NCBI GenBank assembly: GCA_964016885.1
Contig: OZ024743.1
Location: 207,700,001-207,764,000 of the forward strand
Reading direction: 5' to 3'
Length of the DNA: 64,000 nt
From: Eledone cirrhosa
Taxonomy: Eukaryota
In this document: positions 52,880-64,000 of the stretch, piece after piece
How positions within the stretch are numbered: position 1 is the stretch's first letter
How the letters are laid out: each line of letters opens with the position of its first letter
The notes under the pieces: model-generated
What the model saw: only the letters and a program-made list of their open reading frames with translations
What the model was told of the DNA's origin: nothing
Database searches by the model: none
Translations under genes and position numbers: made by a program

Positions 52880-53416
52880 GTTGGTATATAAGCTGTAGCT
52901 CCAATAATAATGGGTATGAAGCTGAACATGTATTTTGGATACTGGATCTGCAAACCTGCTATCTTCAATTTGGTATTCATGCCAACCCTTACTTATGGTC
53001 AGGAATCTTGGGCAATGACTGAAAGAATACAATCGCGAATAGAAGCAGTCGAAATGGGATTCCTCCAAAGGGTCTTTGGAGTAACCTTACTTGAGAGATC
53101 GTGTAGCTCGAAGATCAGAGTGTCACTCCAGGTAGTGTTACTGCTTCTCCGAATTGAGAGATCACAGTTCTCTAGACATGTGGTTCGAATGTCTCGGGAA
53201 AGAATCACTGGACATATTTTACAAGCAAAACCAATCAGCAGGAGACCCAGCGGTTGACTGTAAGTAAGATGGTTGGACAACATCCGTGAGCTTGGTCTCA
53301 CTTGGGGATCCAGCCAGATCAGTTGAAGATGGTTGCTTCTGACAGGACCTGCTGGATGGAGTGTTTGAGGACTTTTCCCCCCATGACCCTCCCAGGAATA
53401 AGTGGGCAAAGAAGAT
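52880..53416 (+). mobile_element. RTE-clade LINE 3' fragment, family R4
   Basis: PTLTYGQESW..IEAVEMGFLQRV; ends in aagaaga. Confidence 0.8.
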
Positions 53417-53583
53417 GTATACATATATATATATTATAGAGAGAGAGAGCGAGAGAGATATATGAATGTATGTATTGTATATTGAATAATATACGGGATG
53501 TTTATGAATGAATGTATGTATGTATATATGTCTGTATATCATCATCATCATTTAACAACCATTTTTCCATGCTAGTATATATA

Positions 53584-53616
<33 letters not shown>

Positions 53617-53631
53617 CTATGTATATATTTA

Positions 53632-53672
<41 letters not shown>

Positions 53673-53931
53673 GTAACCGTAGTTTTCACATTTTACCAGG
53701 CTTTGTCTTCTGCACTTTGCTTCACCATTTTGCTTATATTGTCTTTGATTTGTTCTTGTTTCTGCCTGCTTCGGTGTTCATCATTCTTCTCACAGTGGAG
53801 CAGTTATAGAGGCCTTGGATTAAACCAACCAACTTCTACATGGCGTATGTAAAAGATACTATATATATACATACACACACACATACATACATATGCATGT
53901 ACAAACATGTGCATGTTTTTATTTATATTTT

Positions 53932-54990
53932 CAAGTTTGTATCAAAAGGTTCCCTGACTAGTTATGTTTAAAAAAAACTAATGTATTTATCTAAGTTTTA
54001 ACATCATCTCCTTTGAAATAGTCACCTTATGCAGCAATACACTGCTTCAAGCGTTTTCTGCGAGTCGATGACCTTCTGTGATTTGCTCTGGATCTCAGCA
54101 ACGCTGTTAAAACGGCAACCTTTGAGCTGCATTTTAAACTTGGGGAAGTGATGGAAGTCTGGTGAATAGGGCAGGTGCAGAAGTGATAGAATGTTGTTTT
54201 GAGGGAGAAACTGACAAGTGAGGAGAGTTCAGTGACAGGATGTACTGTTGTTGTGAAAAATCCAATTCTTCGTGCTTCACAGATCCAGTCACTTTCGTCG
54301 AACGTCCTCCCTCAAACACCTCAAAACATTGTAGTAGAACTCTCGATTGAAAGTCTAGCCCTAGGGGATGAATTCTCAATGCACAATACCACAGATATTG
54401 GAAAAAAAACAATGAGCATGCTCTTGATTGAACTGTGGCTCTGTTGTGCCTTCCTCGGTCATGGAGATGAAGGGCTCTTCCACTATGTCTACTGCTGCTT
54501 CGTCTCAGGGTCATACTCATAGACCCAACTCTCATCACCGGAGAGGATCGTCAACATGAAGGGTGAATCATGAGTGGCACGCTGGCAGAGATCTTGACAG
54601 ACTTCAATGCGACATTCTTTTTGCTCAGTGGTCAGCAAGCAGGGGACAAACTTGGCAGCGACATGAAACATGTTCAATTTAAGGATTGCCTGCATGGACC
54701 CATACAGCAGACCAACAACATCAGCAATATTGTTGATTGTCCTCTGACAATCCTCAAGCACAAACTGATAGATTTTCTCCAGATTTCTGTGGGTGATAAT
54801 CGTGGCAGATCTTCCTGATCGCTCATCATCATCCAGGGATGTTTTGCCACTTGTGATGTGAACACAGTGATATCACTTAGCACACTGGTGCATGAAGGTC
54901 ACTGCTAGCTTCTCACAGCACACGCAAACATGTGTTGCTATCTGTTGGTGTGCTACAGAACTAGTGTGGAAACTTTTTTATACCACTTCA
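53932..54990 (-). mobile_element. Decayed mariner transposon
   Basis: AKFVPCLLT and GDESWVYEYDPETKQQ; degenerate TIRs gtatcaaaaggttccctgactagt / actagtgtggaaactttttt. Confidence 0.85.
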
Positions 54991-55169
54991 TATATATATA
55001 TATATATACACACACATATATATGTGTGTGTGTATATATATATGTGTATATAGATGTGTGTACATATATAGACACACACAGATATACATATGTATGTACA
55101 AACATATGCATATGTGTATGTATATACAAGGGCATGTTTTTATTTATATACACAATGCATGTATGCATA

Positions 55170-55210
<41 letters not shown>

Positions 55211-55384
55211 TTGTGTGTTTATGTATATACACATATATACATATGCATGTATGCATATATATATATAAACATTTGATTTTCAATTATTGTTTTGCCATAG
55301 CTAGAACACAATTTTTTCTTTGTTTATACTTGGTGTAATTTGTCAAATTATGTTGCTGGGTCTTACCACACCCTCGTCAACCTA

Positions 55385-55585
55385 ACCCCCACCCATCCCA
55401 TGCACCCTCGCCCCACCCTCACCACATACTTGCCCCACCCTCACCACATCCTCCACTACACTCCACCCGACCTCACCCCACCCTACCTTCACACCCACAC
55501 ACTCACCACACCACACACTCACCACACCACACACTCACCACACCCTCCACCCAACCCTCACCCCGGCTTCACCACACCCTCACCC
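55385..55585. repeat. C/A-rich low-complexity tract
   Basis: CACCC/CACCA motifs. Confidence 0.7.
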
Positions 55586-55961
55586 TAAAATAGGAACTAT
55601 CTTGTGTGCTGTATTTAATATTTGGAATGACTTTCTATATTGAATTTCTTTGCTTGTGTTTAAATTTGTTGTCCCCCTGCCATTTACTGTCACTTGCTCT
55701 TCATATCATAATTATCCCACATCTTACCTCCCTCTTTTTATAACATAGAGAGGGTTTTTCAGTCAAATCAATGGCCAACAACCCCCTAGTAGAGGGCCAT
55801 GATAAAACACAGCCACTAACTTTGTAAAGTGGTTGGTGTTAAGAAAGACTTCTAACCATGGAAAGTATTGAGAGAACCCATCAGTCACCACATGACAGCT
55901 TCTTTAATGTTGGTGCTACATAAAATACATGAGGTCCATGTATTATTATTATGATCATTAT

Positions 55962-56150
55962 TGGTTTGGCAGTATCAGTAGAGCGTCAGACACCATGCTT
56001 TGCAGCATAGAGTTATGGCCCATTATGGTCTGAGTTCAAATCCCGCTGAGGTTAGGTTTGCCTTTCATCCTTATGGGGGTCGATAAAATAAAGCACCAGT
56101 AATACACTGGGGGTAATTGCTGGCCTTGTGCAAAAAGTAGAAACATTATT
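55962..56150 (+). mobile_element. tRNA-derived SINE, family A
   Basis: B box and core domain. Confidence 0.8.
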
Positions 56151-56728
56151 ATTATTATGGTGTGGTTATTTTCTCATGATCTTACACCTGTCTTTGTTCC
56201 TGCTTCATTCTTGTTCTCTGTATTTGTTATTGAGGTTTAGTTGTATAAATGTAAATATACTTTAGTTGTAGAAGTGATGTCTGAACAAGTATCCTCCACC
56301 ACCAACTAACTCATCTTCCACACTGGGTCCCGGCCGACAGGATGGAGAATGAATTGCCCTGGAGGACAGCGAGGGAGATGTGCTGAAACAGACACTCCAC
56401 CTCACAGGACTCACACCTGCGAGTGGCCAACTCTGCTCCAATATATGACTGCATGTAATTAATGTTGCTCTACACAGTCATGTTTCTTATGCTCCCCCCC
56501 CACCAACCATCCTAGATATAGAATGGATTCTTATCATATTCAGTGGTGGTGCATGGCTTTATTGATAGCAACAGAAGATTTTTAAAATAACTTTTCTAAA
56601 TTCTGTTTATTTTATTCTTCATTATATTCTTTGTTTAACTTATATAAATTGTATAAAAGAGTTACTCTATAGGTAAAGGTATTTTTGAGAGACTTGCAAA
56701 ACTAAATATCTTCACAGATTAACAAATA

Positions 56729-57825
56729 CTAGCTGACATACCCAGCTTCGCCAGGGTAAACAGATGATAAGAGAAGACAGGTAAAAGAGAAAATGACTGT
56801 ATTGGATGTTTGTCTGGTTACAGTATGAGGTGAGTCCGTGTTGTCTGTGTGATACAAAAAACAGTAAAAAAAATCTTCCAGATATACGAGATTCTTCGTT
56901 GTACCGTTTTTGCATAGTATATGAACAATTATAGGTGCTCCCACCTAGAATAGTGACCTCTAAGAGATGGTTCATCTTCTGCCTGACTGTAAAACGTGTA
57001 TCATTGCATAGACGTGGTTGTTCCACGTTTCTCAAAAGGATGATGGAAGTTCCAATCTTTTATATTATATGTAGATATAGATATAGATAAAAGATGATGC
57101 TCAGCCAGTTCGTCTTCAACCATCGCAGCACGCCATCGCTGCTTGCTTTCAGTATTTCGTTGGCGTTGTTCAGCCAGCTCCTCTTCATTCATGGCGGCAC
57201 GTCTTCGCCTCTGAAGTTCGGCGTTCCGATGGCGCTGTTCGGCCCGTTTTCCCTCATTCCTGGCTGCACGCCGTCGCCGCTGTAGTTCACTGTTTGATAA
57301 AGTCGAATTGCTTTTATTATCAGTATTCATTTCGAGCAATTGTCAAAAAGTGACGCAATAATAAATATAAAAGATGTCCGTCAATGTAAAAAAAGGTCCT
57401 TATTTACTCCCTTCACAACTTTGTCTATGTTAGACTGACAGATAGGCACACAGACTACATGGCGATTGTGGAACGCCGCACGTACACACACATACACGTA
57501 TGGAAATGCGCACACGCATGCAAACTTACACACGCACCCGTGCACTTACGCACACACTCACACATGTTGATAGTTTTTACTTTCTGTGGAACGCTGCACG
57601 CATGCACACACACATAAACATACACGCACATACATACACACGCACACATGTTAATAGTTGCTTTCCTTCCCATTTTATTTCCACACACATCACACACGTC
57701 TCTACACTGACACATATACATAGTGTATCCAACACAGCGTTCACTTTGCCTCTCTGTTTCTTACTCTCCCCTCTCACTCCCTCATTGGTATTATGCATAT
57801 TAATTTAAGTTCGGTGTCGTTGAGA
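56729..57825 (-). mobile_element. Internally deleted Helitron
   Basis: CTAG plus hairpin at 56729; PIF1-helicase remnant LRNVEQPRLCNDTRFTV..LEVTIL; R/E/A-rich N-terminal repeats; 5' end uncertain. Confidence 0.75.
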
Positions 57826-58013
57826 TATAATATAATATATATACAAACATAATATTCTTGGTATGTTTTGCTTGTAACAGGATTTGAAACCAGCACTGCA
57901 TTGTTAAAATAAACAATTGTTTGGTATAGCACATTGCTCTACCCAGTGCTGGACATATCTATAAGTTAAATAAATTATAGCTTAGGGTCACACCCTCGGA
58001 GGAGGGGGGAACC

Positions 58014-58392
58014 TCTTTTTCTTCTCTTCTTTTTCTTTCTTTTTCTTTCTTTTTCTTTCTTTTTCTTTCTTTTTCTTTCTTTTTCTTTCTTTTTCTTCTC
58101 TTCCTTTTCTTCTTTTTCTTCTTTTCCTTTTCTTCTCTTTTTCTCTTCCTTTTCTCTTTTTCTTTTCTTTTCTTTTTCTTTTCTTTTTCTTTTTTTCTTT
58201 TCTTTCTTCTTCTTCTTCTTCTTCTTTGCCCACTTGTTCCTGAGAGGGTCATGGGGGCAGAGTCCTCAAACACTCTTTCAAACGGGTTCTGTCAGAAGCA
58301 ACCGTCTCCAACTGATGTGGCTGGATCCCCAAACGAAATCAGCCAAGCTCGTGGATGTTACCCAACAGTCTTGCTCGGGGTCTACCCTCACT
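58014..58392 (-). mobile_element. RTE family R4 3' end with expanded (GAA)/(GAAAA) tail
   Basis: 58225-58392 is homologous to the reverse complement of 53245-53416; polypyrimidine tail at 58014-58225. Confidence 0.7.
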
Positions 58393-58419
58393 AGTGTTGG
58401 TGATTTACATGATAACCGC

Positions 58420-58685
58420 ACCCAGTTTATGCTGTAAAGTGGTTGGTGATAGGATGGGCATCCAGCTGTAGAAAACTTGCCAAACAAAGGGTTGGAAGGA
58501 CCCTCAGAAGTGTCAAAGGCATGACAACCTTACCTAAGCACTCAATGGAACATAAGTGAGACACAGATTCCTGGCCTGCCTGGGAGGTCAGTAACGCCCC
58601 ACTTCAGTACTGACATGGTCTATGTAGACCCGTCCCACCCTTGCTAGCAGAGAAAGCTGATGTTAAAACGACAATGATGATGATA
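58420..58685 (+). mobile_element. RTE-type 3' UTR with (GAT)n tail
   Basis: gggcatccagctgtagaaaac motif. Confidence 0.6.
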
Positions 58686-58723
58686 TATATATCATTTATT
58701 CTTTATCATTAACATTAATATAA

Positions 58724-58913
58724 ATAATTGTTTCTACTTTAGGCACAAGGCCAGCAATTACCCAGTGCATTACTGGTACTTTATTTTATCGACCCCGTAA
58801 GGATGAAAGGCAAAGTCAACCTCGGCGGGATTTGAACTCAGATCGTAAAGGGACGTAACTATGCTGGAAAGCATGGCGTCCGACTCTCTACCGGTACTGC
58901 CAATCCACCGCCC
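58724..58913 (-). mobile_element. tRNA-derived SINE, family A (young copy)
   Basis: About 98% identical by eye to 3306-3494. Confidence 0.85.
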
Positions 58914-59727
58914 TTTAATTAATATAAACATTAATATAAATAATGATAATCATATATGATTATTTATAATTTTTTTACCCAAATTATTTTTAGAGAAGGG
59001 CATCCATTTTCATATAATTTAGAACCTCAGCAGGTGAAAGTCCAGCCCTGCCTTTACCTTTAATGAAGAGTTCTCCTCACAAACATGGCTGCCACATTTG
59101 TCTGTAATGAACAGACTACACTTCTTTTCAAGACTGCATACTACTATATTTTTTCTAACTGCTATTTGAAAATTAAATATTTTGAAAGTAAAAATCCTGC
59201 TGAATCATCATTATCATCATTTTTATGTCCATTTTTCCACACTTGCATGGGTTCGACGGGTCCTTCTCAGCACTGCATCTCTCCACTCATCGCATTCTAT
59301 CATCTCTGAATCTCAGTGATTTGAGGTCAGCTCTTACCACCTCTGCCCATCCCTGAATATGAAATTTACAAAATAAATAAGAATCAACTTACAAGCAGTT
59401 CTCATATATATATATATAAATAAATACACACACACAGATATATACACACACACACAAACACACACACAAACACATTGCGACCTACTGAAGGGAAATGAAA
59501 AAAGAAAAAAAAGGGAGAAATAACAAAATGAGTAATTTTATGATTTTATGATGTTCTAAGGAAAAAGTCATTCGCAAAAGATATTAATTTACAGCAAAGT
59601 TCTCCTTTGAGATTAGTCTCTGACACGATCTGCTATTATTTAAAAATTTTGTACTAGATTTTATGGAGTTGATCTGGTACCCTCGTCTCCAAAAGGAACC
59701 AATTTACTGTTAAGTTGACTACATTAA

Positions 59728-60050
59728 ATGGCAGCAAATTAGCAGAGTTGTTAGAATGTTGGATAGAATGTTTTGCAGTATTCATTTCAGCTCTCTGTTC
59801 TCTGAGTTTAAATTCCACTGAGGTCGATAAAAAAAAAAAAAGCACCAGTCTAGTACTGGGGTTGATTCTTCCTCTGTATCTCTTTCTAACTTCCTTTCTC
59901 TCACTTTCTATCCTTCTTTGGAAGAAATCTGCTGTGTTCAGACCTGGAGAAGAGATAAGCTCTGCTATGTTTTAAAATTCCCTAGAAATACTGTATGTTA
60001 ATACGGTGCCCCTATGATGCCCTCTGGAGTTGCAGGACCAAACCACACCA
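59728..60050 (+). mobile_element. SINE family A variant with alternative tail
   Basis: Homologous to 45698-46040. Confidence 0.65.
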
Positions 60051-60160
60051 TTGCACAAACTAAGACTGCATTCTACATCACAAATGCTTTAATGTAATTC
60101 TATAACCTTCCTTCTGAAGTTTTCGGTTTTAGTTATCATCATTTCCTTATATATATAATT

Positions 60161-60715
60161 TTCTTCTTCTTCGCCCACTTATTCCTAAGAGAGTCGTGGG
60201 GGAAAAGTCCTGAAACACTCCTTCCAGTGGGTTCTGTCAGAAGCAACTGTCTCCAGCTGATCTGGCTGGATCCTCAAGCGAGACCAGCCAAGCTTATGGA
60301 TGTTATCCAACCATCTTGCTCAAAGTTTACCCCTGGATCTCCTGCCAGTTGGTTTTACCCATAAAATCAGTCCAGCGATTCTTTCGTAAGACATTCTAAC
60401 CACATACCCATAATATCGAAGCTGTTATCTTTCTATTCAGAGAAGTAGTGACTCTCTAACTCCCCTCTCTAGCTACACACTCTATCAAGTAACATTAGTC
60501 CAAAGACCCTTCAGAGGAACCCCATTTCAGCCGCTTGTATTCACGATCATATTCTTTCAGTGATTACCCAAGATTCATGGTAAGGGCTGGCACAAATACT
60601 GAATTGAAGATTGCAAGTTTGGCTTTTACAACTACCTCTCTTCTTTTGATTACTGTATGCTGAAGCTGGAGCATTACTGCACCAGCTTTTGCAATTCCTG
60701 CACTTAATTCAACCA
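60161..60715 (-). mobile_element. RTE family R4 3' fragment
   Basis: Homologous to 52880-53416; (GAA)n tail. Confidence 0.75.
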
Positions 60716-61002
60716 GACACTATACATGTATAGCAGCTTTTATGAAGTTGATCTGGTACCCCAGTCCACAACTGGAACCAATTTACAACCAAGTAGACTG
60801 CATTAGTGAAAATGGAGTATCTTTGCCTGAGTCATAACATAGAAGTGGTGATGGCAAACATTCGCAACCCTCAAGTCAACTGTTCATGTCATTAAGTCAC
60901 CTGTTGGTGTCGTTAAGTCACCTGTATCAGACATTCATTGTGTCTCTCCTTCAATTTCATTTCAGGGAAGTAGTGAAAATTGCAGTTTATATCACTGCAT
61001 GT

Positions 61003-61575
61003 TCTCACTCAGTCACTCTCTTTCTCTCTCTATCTCTCTTACTCTTTCACACACACACACACACTCTCTCTTTTACTCACACATACTCTCTCTCTCGCTC
61101 TTGCTCACTCACACACACTCTCTCTTACTCATTCACGCACACACTCTCTCTCTCTTACTCTTTCACGCTCTCTCTCTCTCTCTCTCTCTTACTCTTTCAC
61201 GCTCTCTCTCTCTCTTTTTCACACCCTTACTCTTTCACACACACTCTCTCCCTCTTACTCTCTCACACTCTCTCCCTCTTACTCTCTCACTCTTACTCTC
61301 TCACACTCTCTCCCTCTTACTCTCTCACACTCTCTCCCTCTTACTCTTTCACACACATATACTCTCTCTCTTACTCTCTCACCCACATACACTCTCTCTC
61401 TCTTACTCTCTCACACACATACTCTATCTCTCTCTCTCTTTCACACACAGTCTCTCTCTCTCTCACTCTTTCAGACACAGTCTCTCTTTCTTTCTCTCTC
61501 TTTCAGACACAGTCTCTCTTTCTTTCTCTCATGCACACTCTCTCTTTCTTTCTCTCATGCACACTCTCTCTCCCC
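61003..61575. repeat. Compound (CT)n/(CA)n microsatellite
   Basis: Low complexity. Confidence 0.9.
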
Positions 61576-62188
61576 TACCAATATAATATATGTAATTCAA
61601 TCCCACCACCAATGTCTAATTTAATGATTTCCCCTGTGTCTGTCAATCAATATTATATAATAGTTCCTATTTCAATAGTATATACATTATTTTGAATTAC
61701 TTTACATTGGGATTTATAAACTTCAGAAAACAGTGTTAAACACGACACAAGTTGTGCTTTCCATAATTTTGGCAGGGTTCTTTTTCTGACTGGATGCTCT
61801 CCCCATCACCAACCACTTTACAGTGTCGACTGAGTGCATTATTTGTGCCACCAGCACATGAAAGGTTGTCTTATTGGACTCAAGAGTCCTCTCCACCCTT
61901 TATCAGTTTTGTATTTGGAGTGTCTACTCTCCTAGACAGGTTGCCATCACTATGGCTTACAGAGTCCACGTCTACCCCAATATTACTATAAAATTTGTCC
62001 TCTCAAAACATTTAAGATTTATTAATCATATTTGGTTTTAAACAACAATGTGAATACCTGGTTTAGTTAAGAAGCCTTGAAATATAGTTGTCCTAATGCA
62101 AATGACTATAACAATATTCTATCACTATAAATAATAAATGAGAAAATCATGTAAAGTACTTTACCTGATTTTCTCAACTATTATTATG

Positions 62189-62403
62189 GTGCGGGGAGAT
62201 AGGCAGTAATCGGTAGAGAGTCAGACAACATGCTTTGTGGCATAGGGTTATGGCCCTTTACAGTCTGAGTTCAAATCCTTCCGAGGTTAGCTTTGCTTTT
62301 CATCCTTTCGGGGTATATAAAATAAAGTACCAGTAATGCACTGGGGTCAGTTTAATTGATTTCGCCTCCCTTAAAATTGTTGGCCTTGTGCCTGAATCAG
62401 AAA
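62189..62403 (+). mobile_element. tRNA-derived SINE, family A
   Basis: A box, B box and core domain. Confidence 0.85.
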
Positions 62404-64000
62404 GGGTTAATGTCATAGACAATGTCTTTCATTAGTAATATGGTAATGAAAGGGTTAATGACATAGACATTGTCTTTCATTAGTAATATGGTAATGAAAG
62501 GGTTAATGACATAGACAGTGTCTTTCATTAGAAGTATGGTAATGAAAGGGTTAATGTCATAGGTAGTGTCTTTCATTAGTAATATGGTAAAGAAAGGGTT
62601 AATGTCATAGACAATGTCTTTCATTAGTAATATGGTAATGAAAGGGTTAATGACATAGGCAGTGTCTTTCATTAGTAATATGGTAATGAAAGGGTTAATG
62701 ACATAGACAGTGTCTTTCATTAGTAATATGGTAATGAAAGGGTTAATGACATAGACAGTGTCTTTCATTAGTAATATGGTAATGAAAGGGTTAATGTCAT
62801 AGACAATGTCTTTCATTAGTTATATGGTAATGAAAGGGTTAATGACATAGACAGTGTCTTTCATTAGTAATATGGTAATGAAAGGATTAATGTCATAGAC
62901 AGTGTCTTTCATTAGTAATATGGTAATGAAAGGATTAATGTCATAGGTAGTGTCTTTCATTAGTAATATGGTAATGAAAGGGTTAATGTCATAGGCAGTG
63001 TCTTTCATTAGTAATATGGTAATGAAAGGGTTAATGACATAGTCAGTGTCTTTCATTAGTAATATGGTAAAGAAAGGGTTAATGACATAGACAGTGTCTT
63101 TCATTAGTAATATGGTAATGAAAGGGTTAATGTCATAGGTAGTGTCTTTCATTAGTAATATGGTAATGAAAGGGTTAATGACATAGACAGTGTCTTTCAT
63201 TAGTAATATGGTAATGAAAGGGTTAATGACATAGACAGTGTCTTTCATTAGTAATATGGTAATGAAAGGGTTCATGTCATAGGTAGTGTCTTTCATTAGT
63301 AATATGGTAATGAAAGGATTAATGACATAGACAGTGTCTTTCATTAGTAATATGGTAATGAAAGGGTTAATGACATAGACAGTGTCTTTCATTAGTAATA
63401 TGGTAATGAAAGGGTTAATGACATAGACAGTGTCTTTCATTAGTAATATGGTAAAGAAAGAGTTAATGACATAGACAGTGTCTTTCATTAGTAATATGGT
63501 AATGAAAGGGTTAATGACATAGACAGTGTCTTTCATTAGTAATATGGTAAAGAAAGAGTTAATGACATAGACAGTGTCTTTCATTAGTAATATGGTAATG
63601 AAAGGGTTAATGACATAGACAGTGTCTTTCATTAGTAATATGGTAATGAAAGGGTTAATGACATAGATAGTGTCTTTCATTAGTAATATGGTAATGAAAG
63701 GGTTAATGACATAGACAGTGTCTTTCATTAGTAATATGGTAATGAAAGGGTTAATGACATAGACAGTGTCTTTCATTAGTAATATGGTAATGAAAGGGTT
63801 AATGACATAGACAGTGTCTTTCATTAGTAATATGGTAATGAAAGGGTTAATGACATAGACAGTGTCTTTCATTAGTAATATGGTAATGAAAGGGTTAATG
63901 ACATAGACAGTGTCTTTCATTAGTAATATGGTAATGAAAGGGTTAATGACATAGACAGTGTCTTTCATTAGTAATATGGTAATGAAAGGATTAATGACAT
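62400..64000. repeat. 48-bp minisatellite, more than 33 copies, running off the window end
   Basis: Unit gaaagggttaatgacatagacagtgtctttcattagtaatatggtaat. Confidence 0.95.

Noticed and set aside
56290-56460. GC-richer island as a possible exon
   Set aside because: No convincing ORF or paired splice sites.
57959-58273. Lys/Arg/Glu-rich ORF
   Set aside because: Translation of the expanded (GAA)/(GAAAA) LINE tail.
62397-63968. 382-aa and 139-aa repeat ORFs, or a CRISPR-like array
   Set aside because: The 48-bp unit is divisible by 3 and lacks a stop in one frame; there are no unique spacers or cas genes; the context is eukaryotic.

Overview
This is AT-rich eukaryotic repetitive DNA with no supportable host gene. 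The repeat content (tRNA-SINEs, (GAT)n-tailed RTE LINEs, very long TA-based microsatellites) suggests a mollusc, probably a cephalopod; this is inference only. Nearly all long Ile/Tyr/Met/Cys/His-rich ORFs in the track are microsatellite artefacts. From about 14.9 to 41.7 kb, TA/TATG arrays alternate with inserted retroelements: RTE LINEs, a CR1-group LINE with a near-complete ORF2, a Naiad-type Penelope-like element (PLE) and a bipartite non-autonomous RTE derivative. Outside this zone are SINEs, hAT, piggyBac-like, mariner and Helitron relics, and minisatellites. The most notable signal is a hammerhead-ribozyme (HHR) retroelement system. (1) A 469-bp tandem non-coding unit carries a canonical minimal type I HHR (retrozyme-like) and is arranged as a 3'-ends-outward inversion. 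(2) The PLE has the same architecture, HHR-like folds in both pseudo-LTRs, and an in-frame TGA at a conserved Cys position. (3) Several short HHR-bearing or asymmetric foldback elements sit in TA repeats. All structures were read by eye; none was computed or searched.
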